Program-made: the position numbers and the translations under genes | Shown here: positions 1 to 10,000 of the stretch, piece after piece | Layout of the letters: every line of letters begins with the position of its first letter | Position numbering within the stretch: position 1 is the stretch's first letter | Notes under the pieces: generated by a model | Seen by the model: the letters and a program-made list of their open reading frames with translations, nothing else | What the model was told of the DNA's origin: nothing | The model's database searches: none | NCBI GenBank assembly: GCA_964648715.1 | Contig: CAZYNM010000006.1 | Location: forward strand, 15,355-79,354 | Source: an uncultured Pseudomonadales bacterium | GTDB lineage: Bacteria > Patescibacteriota > Microgenomatia > UBA1400 > PJMF01 | Length of the DNA stretch: 64,000 nt | Direction: 5' to 3'

Positions 1-690
1 TGAAGCTGGCTCAATAAAAATACTTAACGTGAATGGAAGTGCTGAGGTAAGCAATCTGAAAAAGATATACGGACTCAAGTATGCTGGAATATCTGCTAGG
101 TAATAAAACCTGCGGAGCTTGTCACCGACTTCTAGATACTTACTTGATTCCTTGAGGTACTCACTTTTATATGATTTATAATCATCTTTCTCTATTAGAA
201 GACCTTGATTATCGTTTTTGACAGTGAAAACAAAATTTTCTTTCTCTTTATCGAGTACATCTCTCTCATACTTTTTTAATTCTCGTTTAAACTTGATGTA
301 GTTCTTAATAAATCCAATAGGGTTGGTGCTTCTTACAAATTCAGGTTCTTTAAGATGTACTAGCTCGCTGGATACAAAGGGTTTGTTCTGAATAACTTCT
401 GCCTGAGCCTCTATAACATCCATTAATCGTTTGATTTCTGCCTTGAGGACTTCCACCACGCTATCATCTACATCTGGATATATAGAAAGTAATTGTTTTT
501 CTAATTTTTCGATATTTTCATTTTTTGCTCGTAAAAGATCACTTTCTCTTTTTAATTTTAAGAGTTCTTCTGCTTGTAGGTCACGTTCATAGAGCAATCT
601 ATTTACTTGATCATTTAAGGTATAGGTCAAACTAAAGTTTTTTATATTTTGAACTGTCACGGCGATGGAGGATTTAAGTTTCTGTATCAT
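1..690 (-). CDS. VirB4-like conjugation ATPase, N-terminal part (runs off window)
   Basis: Not in the ORF track. ATG at 690 overlaps the upstream TGA (ATGA) and I read it open to position 1 (MIQKLKSS...YLEVGDKLRRFYYLADIPAYLSP...LSIFIEP). Resembles N-termini of Gram-positive-type VirB4 and follows a PrgI-like gene. Confidence 0.6.
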   Translation of the reverse strand, partial: MIQKLKSSIAVTVQNIKNFSLTYTLNDQVNRLLYERDLQAEELLKLKRESDLLRAKNENIEKLEKQLLSIYPDVDDSVVEVLKAEIKRLMDVIEAQAEVIQNKPFVSSELVHLKEPEFVRSTNPIGFIKNYIKFKRELKKYERDVLDKEKENFVFTVKNDNQGLLIEKDDYKSYKSEYLKESSKYLEVGDKLRRFYYLADIPAYLSPYIFFRLLTSALPFTLSIFIEPAS

Positions 691-1496
691 CTGAGTGTCT
701 CCCTGGCAAAAATAACTAACTCTTCGTTGGATAGTGGTTTAATTGAGACATTGCAAAATGACAATCCAGATGCAAAGCGGAGCGCAAGATCATTCAGTTT
801 TTTCAATGCTTCCATCTTAGAGTGTGGATTATGTGTCTGGCACTGCACTGATAGCACAGCATAATGTCGGGTCATCATGAAATTATTTGATGTAATCACA
901 GTATTAAGCTCATTGGTGTACTGTTTAATGAGTGATTCACGTTTCTTGTCTGAGTTTTTATACAGAGAAAATATGTGCTTTGAAAAATCTGTTGTCTTGG
1001 CTTTTTCTTTTTTAACTATGAACTGTATTTGGGTGGGTAAGATATGAATTGTTTGTTTGAGCTTAACAAAAAAGTGTTCTCTATCTTGGTCATTGAGAAG
1101 TGCAATATCATGTGGCTCTATCTCATAAATTCGTGTCACGCTATTTTTACGAATAATGTGATTATCTTGTACTGAAAAATCTATGAAGTAGTTTTCCAGG
1201 TCAGTGTATCGTTTCTCCTTCTTGCTACTTTTGAAGGTAAAAGCTCTCGGTACTATCTTGTAGATAGGTTGGTTATCTATTTTTTGTGTAATAAATGAGA
1301 TAAAAAAGATTATGCCAACAAATAAAGCTGATAGGTAGTAACCCCAATTAAAAAAGTGTAGGCCATAAGTAAATACAGCATACAGTGCTAGAGCTATGAT
1401 GATGCTACCTGTCACCACAAGAACTGTGTCTGTAAAAAACAGACTTCTTAAAATGTGGGTTCTGATGTCGTCTTTATATATTCTTACGCTTTTCAT
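687..1496 (-). CDS. PrgI/VirB3-like conjugation membrane protein
   Basis: Two N-terminal TM helices followed by KIDNQP; soluble C-terminal region; lies between VirB6-like and VirB4-like genes. Confidence 0.6.
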   Translation of the reverse strand: MKSVRIYKDDIRTHILRSLFFTDTVLVVTGSIIIALALYAVFTYGLHFFNWGYYLSALFVGIIFFISFITQKIDNQPIYKIVPRAFTFKSSKKEKRYTDLENYFIDFSVQDNHIIRKNSVTRIYEIEPHDIALLNDQDREHFFVKLKQTIHILPTQIQFIVKKEKAKTTDFSKHIFSLYKNSDKKRESLIKQYTNELNTVITSNNFMMTRHYAVLSVQCQTHNPHSKMEALKKLNDLALRFASGLSFCNVSIKPLSNEELVIFARETLR

Positions 1497-3249
1497 AGTT
1501 TTTATGTGAGTACATACGAATTATTGACTCACTGCCATTCTTAGCCTGGCGTTCTGCAATAACACCTTTAATACCATAGGCTTCATTTCTGGATTGTGAT
1601 AACTCAAGGAAGTTTTTAATCTTGAGTGGTGGACTCGATTTGTTGACGTATGCAAAATCAATTTCTTTACCTTCCTTTTGAGCTTTTTGCATTGCGTTAA
1701 ATGTGTGTGGGTTTGGATTAGTCTTATGAAAGGTGGAAAGATCAATGAAAGGTGCTTTTTCTAGGTTTACATGTTGCAACTTATCTTCAGGAATACCGTC
1801 TTGAACTCCCTCAGTCATTGTTGGGTAGTAGGTGGTTAATCCTGTGCGATTGTCTTCATATTTGTATGCACCGCCAGAGACAGACACGATTCCTTGTTTA
1901 GCGTTCTCGAGAGTTACACCAAAACCCTTGTTTGATAAGTTGGTAGCAAACTCAGAGTCAGGTTTTTTATTTCTAGCTGTATATATAGTAGATTCTTTAA
2001 CAGGCCTCATGTCTGGTAACTGGTCGAGAATGTCTGTTGATTTACTATCCTTTGCAGATGCAAAAAGATTTCTTGTCTTATTTCCCAAAGTTGCACTTAA
2101 ACTTTTACCAAATGCTGCATTCTTGAAGTCTTTGAAACTTGAGCTGATGGGTGTGCCAACTGCTCGAGATGATACTGCTGCAATCATATTGCCAGACATA
2201 GCCGTCCAGACATCACCAAATATCTTGGCTACCAACATATTTACACCACCAAGGAAGAACAAGAAGCCTGTATAGAAAAAAAGTAAGCCAACACTCGGGC
2301 CTTGAGCTTGTAGGATGCTAGCGAAAATATCAGTAGAGATTGCGAAACCAAGGGCAAAAGCTGGTTGTTGAATTAAGAATGTAAACCAGGTTTTAAAGTA
2401 TGTCTGTACGATGGTCTGGGTTCGTTCAGTCAATGCAAAGGGTATGACAATTGGGTAGATTACTCCTAAGAACAGCAAGGTTGCAAAGCGTATTACAAAT
2501 TGATATCCCAGGTATAAGAATCCACACAAGAGAAATAAGAAAGTGATTGCAAATAAGAATATCTGGACGATGAACTTACCGAGTGATCGGAAGATACCAC
2601 CTTGTAAGGCTACCTCAAAGGATGGAATACCAAATTTTTCTGAGTTTTCATTATTTGCGATAGCTTCCTGAGATTTATCAAAATAATCATTGAGAAAGCC
2701 AGTAAACTTCTGTGTTTCGGATATCTGCTTCACTAGTAGATTATTGAACTGAATAGTATAGGAAAGAACTGTTGGTACAGTGATAAATAAGGCTATGACA
2801 ACAATAAAACGAATGGCAAACGATTTAAGTTCATATGTATTGTCACTACCAATTTTTGTTACTGCAAAAACTGCTATAACGATGGCTAAGATTGGAATAG
2901 CTATCTGGTGAAATACGTTTCTATACTTTGTAACACCAGGTATGGTCGAGTCATCTTTTAATTTGATACTGTCAGCAAATGGGTCAGGTGTGTAGAAGAT
3001 AAAACCGCCAAGGAGTGAGTCAAAACCTTCAATAAAGCTTTTTAGTAGGATGATGATGGAAGATGGCTCATTATGTACTGAGAATTCATTACTATATTGA
3101 ACTTGAGGTGGAGGCGTGGGGGTAGGTGCTTCTTCTGCTAAAGCTATATGTGGGACAAATAAAAATGTAACGATGCTTATGAGCATCACAACGATTGTTT
3201 TCATAAAATCGCAGGAAACAATCGGTTGCCTTGATTTAGTTTGTGCCAC
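1474..3249 (-). CDS. VirB6/TrbL-like polytopic conjugation membrane protein (start may be ATG 3204)
   Basis: Signal peptide, multiple TM helices (IYPIVIPFALTERT..FKTWF pattern), soluble C-terminal tail; directly downstream of pilin. Confidence 0.65.
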   Translation of the reverse strand: MAQTKSRQPIVSCDFMKTIVVMLISIVTFLFVPHIALAEEAPTPTPPPQVQYSNEFSVHNEPSSIIILLKSFIEGFDSLLGGFIFYTPDPFADSIKLKDDSTIPGVTKYRNVFHQIAIPILAIVIAVFAVTKIGSDNTYELKSFAIRFIVVIALFITVPTVLSYTIQFNNLLVKQISETQKFTGFLNDYFDKSQEAIANNENSEKFGIPSFEVALQGGIFRSLGKFIVQIFLFAITFLFLLCGFLYLGYQFVIRFATLLFLGVIYPIVIPFALTERTQTIVQTYFKTWFTFLIQQPAFALGFAISTDIFASILQAQGPSVGLLFFYTGFLFFLGGVNMLVAKIFGDVWTAMSGNMIAAVSSRAVGTPISSSFKDFKNAAFGKSLSATLGNKTRNLFASAKDSKSTDILDQLPDMRPVKESTIYTARNKKPDSEFATNLSNKGFGVTLENAKQGIVSVSGGAYKYEDNRTGLTTYYPTMTEGVQDGIPEDKLQHVNLEKAPFIDLSTFHKTNPNPHTFNAMQKAQKEGKEIDFAYVNKSSPPLKIKNFLELSQSRNEAYGIKGVIAERQAKNGSESIIRMYSHKNYEKRKNI

Positions 3250-3520
3250 CTACGAATTGTTTTAATACACTGGCAATAGTTGCCGCTCCGAAAACTAAAA
3301 GACCACCGATCAAAATATTAAAAATCCAACCTTTAAGTCTTGATTTTCTTTCAGTATCATCACCGCTAGCGATAAGAGCGATACCAAGAGCTGCGATTGA
3401 AAGAGCCATTACTGGAAGAGAAAAATATTGCAGGGTTTTAACGATACCCCATAGCAGAGAATCTAAATTTGCAAACTGAATTGGTTGTGCACTGTCATAC
3501 CCTGGTATCTGTGTGTCCAT
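3236..3520 (-). CDS. TrbC/VirB2-like pilin
   Basis: 94 aa with two hydrophobic helices separated by ASGDDTERKSRLKGW, the typical VirB2/TrbC pattern. Confidence 0.7.
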   Translation of the reverse strand: MDTQIPGYDSAQPIQFANLDSLLWGIVKTLQYFSLPVMALSIAALGIALIASGDDTERKSRLKGWIFNILIGGLLVFGAATIASVLKQFVGGTN

Positions 3521-3679
3521 ATTTATCTTTATGTACTAGTGGGCAGAACTTATAATATTAACTCTCGAAATTTATAAGAATTCTAATGAAGAAAACCCGA
3601 AAAGTCAATAGCATGTAGGAGAAATAAGCCCATTTACGGTTAGAAAATAGGCTTTAAATCTATAAGTAAGATCAGCATC

Positions 3680-4060
3680 TTAGTCAACAATATGTTGTTT
3701 TACTTTTTCCAATAACTGGTCAGGCGTTATATCCACTTTCACTATATACGATGACGCGCCCAGTCGCATCATGTCTTTGATGGTATTATCATTTACTAAA
3801 TTTGTTAGAAGCACAATTGGTGTTTTATTGAGCAACTTATGATCTTTAGATAAAGTAGTCATAACTTCATGACCGTCCATTTCAGGCATCATAATATCAA
3901 GAAGAATAAGATCATAACGACCAGCTTCGATTTTTTGTAAAGCATCTTTGCCGTTTGTGGCACAATCTACAACATACCCAGCATCAAGGAGTGTGGATTG
4001 ATACACTTCTCTAATTTCTTTCTCATCCTCTACAAGCAACAATATTTTTTTATTTTCCAT
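3680..4060 (-). CDS. Single-domain CheY-like response regulator
   Basis: LLVEDE, DLILLDIMMP (phospho-Asp), LLTN, YIVK; no output domain. Confidence 0.9.
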   Translation of the reverse strand: MENKKILLLVEDEKEIREVYQSTLLDAGYVVDCATNGKDALQKIEAGRYDLILLDIMMPEMDGHEVMTTLSKDHKLLNKTPIVLLTNLVNDNTIKDMMRLGASSYIVKVDITPDQLLEKVKQHIVD

Positions 4061-4093
4061 AGTAAATGTTAAAAAAATAATTAACTAATAATG

Positions 4094-6997
4094 CTATTCA
4101 TATCGCAATGCATCCAAAGCCGATATCTTGGTGGCTCTTTTGGCAGGATAAATACCCGTTAAAAGTCCAACAATAACAGATATAGCTAAAATAAGAATAA
4201 CAAAGGTATATGGTATGAAGGTAATATCTAAAAAGCCGTAGCCTTTTGACAACGCATACGTAGAAAGGATAAACGAGGTCGCTTTGCCAGCAGCATAGCC
4301 AACAAATAAGCCACCAACACCACCCATGAAGCCCATGGTCATAGATTCAGTAAGGTAAAGATTTTCTACTTCTTGTGCTTTCATACCAATAGCTTTCATC
4401 ATGCCTACCTCATGTGTACGCTCAAGAAGTGAAACAGTCAAGGTATTTAGCATACCAAGTGCTGCAACTGCAAGAGCAACAACGCCCAAGACACCGAGTA
4501 AAAAGCGGAGAGTCGCAAATAGATTCTCGATTTGTGAGACAGTATCTACTACTGAGGTTGTTTTAAACCCTTGTAACTCAATCTGTTTTCTTGTTTGTGG
4601 TAATACCGACTGATCATTTACAACAATTTTTGCTTGTGAATAGGTTGAGATCCCCATTTGTTTAATATCGCGAAGCGGGACATATAGAATAGGTGTCTTT
4701 GTATCGGGAGTGACCCCAACGATTGTATATTCAATCGGCACTGATTCAATTTTCTTACCATCAGCAAGTAAATCTCCAGTGGCAATAAATGATATTTTAA
4801 ACTTTTTACCAACTCCTGCACTCTCTGCAATACCAAGCACTCTAAGCAAGGATTTATTGACAACAGCTTCACGAGTGATTGTATCTGGTAACTCAATCTT
4901 ACGTGTTGAACCCGTTGCAGATACACTACTTGAACCGTCAATGCTAGTAATATCTATAAATCCGGAGTCAGAGGTCTTTTGGCTTGCAGCAGCAGTTGCG
5001 ACATCTTCAGCGGTTAGTTCATTAGATATGGTAGCCTGTGCAAGTGTAGTAGAAACACCGAGTACCGATCCAGACCCATAGACTTCAGCCAAATTTATTG
5101 TTCGATCAACTTTCATATTCAATTCAGCAAAATATCCCTCTTCAGTTATTTGTTTACCATTACTATCTTTCTTCTCTTTGTATACCATTTTTCCCGACTC
5201 ATCGGTGGTGCGCTCCCAGAGAAGCACTTTACTTTGTAGCCACAAACCAAGTTCTTTGTTATCCGAAGTTTTACCTGCTGAACCAGCTTTATCATCAGGA
5301 TACGAATCTCCCCAATACTCCACTGCATCACTGACCCCTTCAACTCTTCTGGTATATCCAAGAACTTCTCCATTAACGGATGGTTTTGTACGTATACGAA
5401 CATACTCTTCGGGGTCAATAGTGTAGGTGACTTTACCAATTTCATCACCAGCAACGGCTGTTTTAAACTCACGCTGTGTAGAAACTCCAGCTACCATACC
5501 CCGATGTGTTGTGTCTGCATCAGTGATAGGAATGCCCAACTCATTACTAGAAAATATTTTCCCTTCGGCAGGTCGAATTGCTGATTCCAATAAATAATCA
5601 GCCATAACCCCGTACACAGCGACATCACTATTTGAGTTTTGGAAACTTATTTTCCCGACCACACCAACAACAGGTAGCACCTTTGATACACCGGAAATGT
5701 TGCTAAATGAAGCAACTGCTTCATCATTGAGTCTGATATTTGTTGCAACAGCGGGTGAGGCATCTATTTGTCTCATCTCTTCAAGACGTGCAACTCGAGA
5801 AATTACCAATTTTTCAAGACCATAGCCAATCGAAATTAAAAACACTATGGCTGCAACACCGATTGTCATACCGCCTACGGTTATAATGGTACGTGTTTTT
5901 TTCGCAAACATGTTCTTGAGTGATAAATCGATTAAGTCAACTCGTGAGATCGTTTTCTTATCTCGTGTTTCTAGCACTCTAATTAATTTGAAATAAAAGC
6001 TATCAACCACAGGCAAAAATTTTCGCTTTACCACATTCGGTACAAATTTTAATTTAAGTACTCCATCGCTTAATTTCTTGCCTAAATAAACAATCAGTAA
6101 TGATAAGAATCGAACTATCTGCCCAATGTTACTTAGTAAAAATGGTAAAGTTTTGCGAAGTCTAAATATATTGAGGAAAGAGAATAACCAATGAACCCGT
6201 GAAGTACGTTTTTCTTTCTTTTGTAAGCGCGTACCTGCAATACTCATTTCTTGTTTTAAAACAATTCGTTCAAGGAGTAATTGTTTTAATTCTGAAGCCG
6301 ATTTTCCAGCTGTTTCAATATTGCGAACAATGCGTCCATTAAACATTTGGATAATGCTTTTGGCATAATCCACATTGTCAATGTTATGGGTTACCATGAT
6401 GATGGTAGTACCTTTTTCATTCAATTTTCTGAAAAGCTCCATGAGCTCGATACCGCTTTGATAATCTAGATTACCCGTCGGCTCATCAGCAATAATTACT
6501 TTAGGATCAGTGACTAGCGCACGTGCCAAGGCTACTTTTTGCTGCTGACCTGAAGAAAGTTCTGTCGGGAAGTAATCTGCCCAATCGCTTAATCCAACAA
6601 TATGCAGGCAGTCATGCGCTTTAAGTATCGCTTTTTGTTTCTCAACACCCAGTAGTGATAGGGCAAATGCAACATTTTCAACAACGGTGAGCGATTTAAT
6701 CCAGTTCGGTTGCTGGTAAATCATACCTATATTTTTTTTACGAAACTCAGACCTGTCGTCTTCGCTATACACATACAAATTCCAATCAAAAAAACGAGCA
6801 TTACCACTAGTTGGTGCTTCCAACCCTAATATGACATGAAGCATAGTTGACTTACCACAACCAGAGGGACCAAAAACGATTGCAAAATCGCCATCATTAA
6901 TCTCAAGATCAACACCATGCAACACTACAACATCCTGATTTTTAACCTCAAAGGCTTTAACAATTTTTTGCAGTGTAATAATAACTCTTGGTTTCAT
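4094..6997 (-). CDS. MacB/FtsX-family ABC transporter, fused ATPase and permease with enlarged extracytoplasmic domain
   Basis: GPSGCGKST, LSSGQQQKV, IIADEPTGNLD; MacB TM1 (RTIITVGGMTIGV); C-terminal FtsX (ERTHEVGMMKAIG...YPAKRATKISALDALRYE). Confidence 0.9.
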   Translation of the reverse strand: MKPRVIITLQKIVKAFEVKNQDVVVLHGVDLEINDGDFAIVFGPSGCGKSTMLHVILGLEAPTSGNARFFDWNLYVYSEDDRSEFRKKNIGMIYQQPNWIKSLTVVENVAFALSLLGVEKQKAILKAHDCLHIVGLSDWADYFPTELSSGQQQKVALARALVTDPKVIIADEPTGNLDYQSGIELMELFRKLNEKGTTIIMVTHNIDNVDYAKSIIQMFNGRIVRNIETAGKSASELKQLLLERIVLKQEMSIAGTRLQKKEKRTSRVHWLFSFLNIFRLRKTLPFLLSNIGQIVRFLSLLIVYLGKKLSDGVLKLKFVPNVVKRKFLPVVDSFYFKLIRVLETRDKKTISRVDLIDLSLKNMFAKKTRTIITVGGMTIGVAAIVFLISIGYGLEKLVISRVARLEEMRQIDASPAVATNIRLNDEAVASFSNISGVSKVLPVVGVVGKISFQNSNSDVAVYGVMADYLLESAIRPAEGKIFSSNELGIPITDADTTHRGMVAGVSTQREFKTAVAGDEIGKVTYTIDPEEYVRIRTKPSVNGEVLGYTRRVEGVSDAVEYWGDSYPDDKAGSAGKTSDNKELGLWLQSKVLLWERTTDESGKMVYKEKKDSNGKQITEEGYFAELNMKVDRTINLAEVYGSGSVLGVSTTLAQATISNELTAEDVATAAASQKTSDSGFIDITSIDGSSSVSATGSTRKIELPDTITREAVVNKSLLRVLGIAESAGVGKKFKISFIATGDLLADGKKIESVPIEYTIVGVTPDTKTPILYVPLRDIKQMGISTYSQAKIVVNDQSVLPQTRKQIELQGFKTTSVVDTVSQIENLFATLRFLLGVLGVVALAVAALGMLNTLTVSLLERTHEVGMMKAIGMKAQEVENLYLTESMTMGFMGGVGGLFVGYAAGKATSFILSTYALSKGYGFLDITFIPYTFVILILAISVIVGLLTGIYPAKRATKISALDALRYE

Positions 6998-7015
6998 TGT
7001 TGTATTAATATAAGG

Positions 7016-10000
7016 TTACTTTAAAATATCCAAAAATCCAAATATATCCGATAAATTACCAACAACCAAATCAAGTGCAGATTCAGTTGATTTTGGTGCA
7101 ATAGTAACGGTATCAATAGACTTACCTGAATTGCCTGCTTTGTCTTTTGAAAGAACTCGCAAGTGGTAGACCTTTGATGGTGTTAGGTCGGAAATTATAA
7201 CCAAATGATTCAAGGTCAAGTTGGTATCTTCTTGTGTTTTTTGAGGATAGTTTTCCCCCGTACCTTCGCCAAACTCAATCTGGGAACTGGCAGGCTCATC
7301 GGTATCCCAAGATACGATCAGTTGTGCACGGGCTTCTTGACCTGCACCAGATACAGGAGGGACTGTCGTTCCTTCAATCTTGAGATTAGATATCTGTGGA
7401 GGCCTGGTGTCTGTAGCCGTAGTAAATTTTTGGCTGTCTGATGAAGCTTCATTACCAATGGCATCTCGACCCTTAACAATCATCAAATAATCGGTTTCTG
7501 AACGTAGTCCTTTCACCAGTAATTTATGTTCACCTTTAACAAGCGCAATATTTACCTCATCACGGGCTGCACTCGTCTCACCTTGAGGATAATAGGTAAT
7601 GATAGAGGAAATCTCGGTATTAGACTGCCAAGTAACTAGTACGGTTGGTTGTGCAGTACCTCGGACTTCTTGGACACGAACATTAGAAATTTTTGGTCTT
7701 GGATAGGTTGTGAAATCAAGAATTGTACCTTCGTACTCTGAATTCTCACTATCGAAAGCATTAATTTTATAAAAATATTTAGTGCCGTCTTCAAGCCCTG
7801 TAAGCTCCATGGTATAGGTAGTTTCGCTGGTTGATGTAGCAATTTCTTTGACACCACCAAAACCGGTGGTTTTACCATAGTAAATCTTTACTTTGCTTGC
7901 ACCTTTGGAAGTGAGTTGAATGATTGCATTACTCAAACCAATATTTTTGGCAGCTACATCTTGCACCGTTGGGGAAGGACTTGTTTTGAATGTTTTTTCT
8001 TCACTTTGTCCCGTATTACCGTCTTCATCTGTCCACTTTGCACGATAATAATAGGTGGTACCCGGAGTAAGATTAGTTAAATTAATCGTATGATCCTTGG
8101 TTTGTGCTGAGTTTGATGGTTCTTCATCAAAATATGAACCAGATTTTGTACCATAGGCGATCTTGCTGTCAGAGTTCCTATCTGTCACCCAAGTGATTTT
8201 GGACTTTTTAGTAGTAATATCTGTTGCTGTTGGACCAGAAGATAATCCTGCGGCTTCAAAATACTTGCCTGTTGGCAAACCTGACACAGTGGATGACACG
8301 GCAGAACAGTTATTAGCACTATCACAAGCCTTTACACAATAATAATAATTCTGCTCGGAAAGACTCGTATCCGAATAGGATGTACCTGCAGTAGATCCTA
8401 TCTGTGTAAATGAAGAAGGCGAACCTGAACAACTTGCATTACTGGTTGATCTAAGTACTTTATAAGAACTAATACCAGCACCAATACTTTCTGGAGCATC
8501 CCATGAAATAGCCAGTTTCCAGTTTGAAGTCGCTTTGATTGAAATATCTGCCACATCTACATTGCGAGGAATACCAGGTGCAGAACCAGTATAGGCAAAA
8601 GTCACACTAGTATAAGTATCATAGTTTATATTTCCCGCTTCATCTTTTGCAACTAAATACAGGGTGTTTGTGCCGGGTTGAGTGGCAAACGCATCTTCTG
8701 CCAATGTATTGGCACCTGCTGCTGTATAGGTACAATTTGCAAGAGTAGGTACTGTGTTGATGGTATAACAGAAGCGTATGTTTCCTGCTTGGCCTGTAAA
8801 TGCTGAAGGATCATCCCAGCTAAAAGCATACGCATTGGTAGTACCATTCTCAGGCGTTACAACGAGATTGCGTGGTGCAGAAGGGGCAGTAGTATTGATT
8901 TTTAACGCATTTGAAACATAGGTATTTGATACATTGCCTGCAGCATCCCAGGTACGCAAATATACTAAGTTTGTACCCTCTGCGATGGCTGCATAGTCGG
9001 GTGTTTCCTGTGTAGCGTATGAACCATCATTCGTCAAAAGATCAGCTACGTCTTGTGTCCCTGTATGACTATCTCCGTACCAGGTACCACTTGTGCCGAT
9101 ACGATATTGCAAGCCTGCAACACCAGAATGGCTATCGCTTGGGCCATCACTGCCAGAGGATGGCCATAAAAAGGTCGTGCTTTCTGTAGCTATATAATCA
9201 CTTGGTACTGATAAAAAGGCAGGGTTAGCGGGGGCAGTATTATCAAATCTAAAATGGAAACTTGCGCTAGAACCTGCATATACATTTCCTGCACCATCTA
9301 TGGCTTTAACATTCAAATAATATGCATCATTGCTGGAAGTAAGCCACGGACTACCACGATATGAAAGTGTAGCAAAGTCTATAGAATTGGTACTTACAAT
9401 GAATTGACAGGTCGTACCAGTAGTTGAAACAGGAGAAGTGCCCAGTAGTCCCTTCGCAGTAGCAGGGTTCCCACTTTCGTCACTGCCCAAATACAAACAA
9501 TAACCAGAGATGCCAGAACCACCTACGTTATCCGCTCCTGCATCCCAAGAAAAATATGGTGCACTGCCATTTGTCCAACCATTGCTACTCATGCTTGCTC
9601 CACCTACTGTTTTTTTCATTATCACATTTGATGCATTGGTTGTTGGTGCAGTAGTATCAGTCGTGAGTCCAATTGCAATGCTCGTTATCGCAGGTAGATC
9701 CGTCCCACCAAATGCCATAATAGCCTTGACTGATATTTTTTGTGAGACGACTGGTAATGCCTGCATGGCTGTAGGAGTAAGCTCGGCTGCTGTGTTTACA
9801 TGCGTCGTGGTATTTGAGGCGGTTGCCCAAGCAGAGCCATCCCAATATTTCCATGCATTGCCACTTTGACAAGTTGCTCCATCATCTGTACAAATTTGAT
9901 ATTTCACCGAAGCATTCCCGCTGGCTGTGACATTGGCGGTAAAAGAATCCCAACTATTGACCTGACTATTACTATAGGCAGAAGTAGTATAGACGCTATA

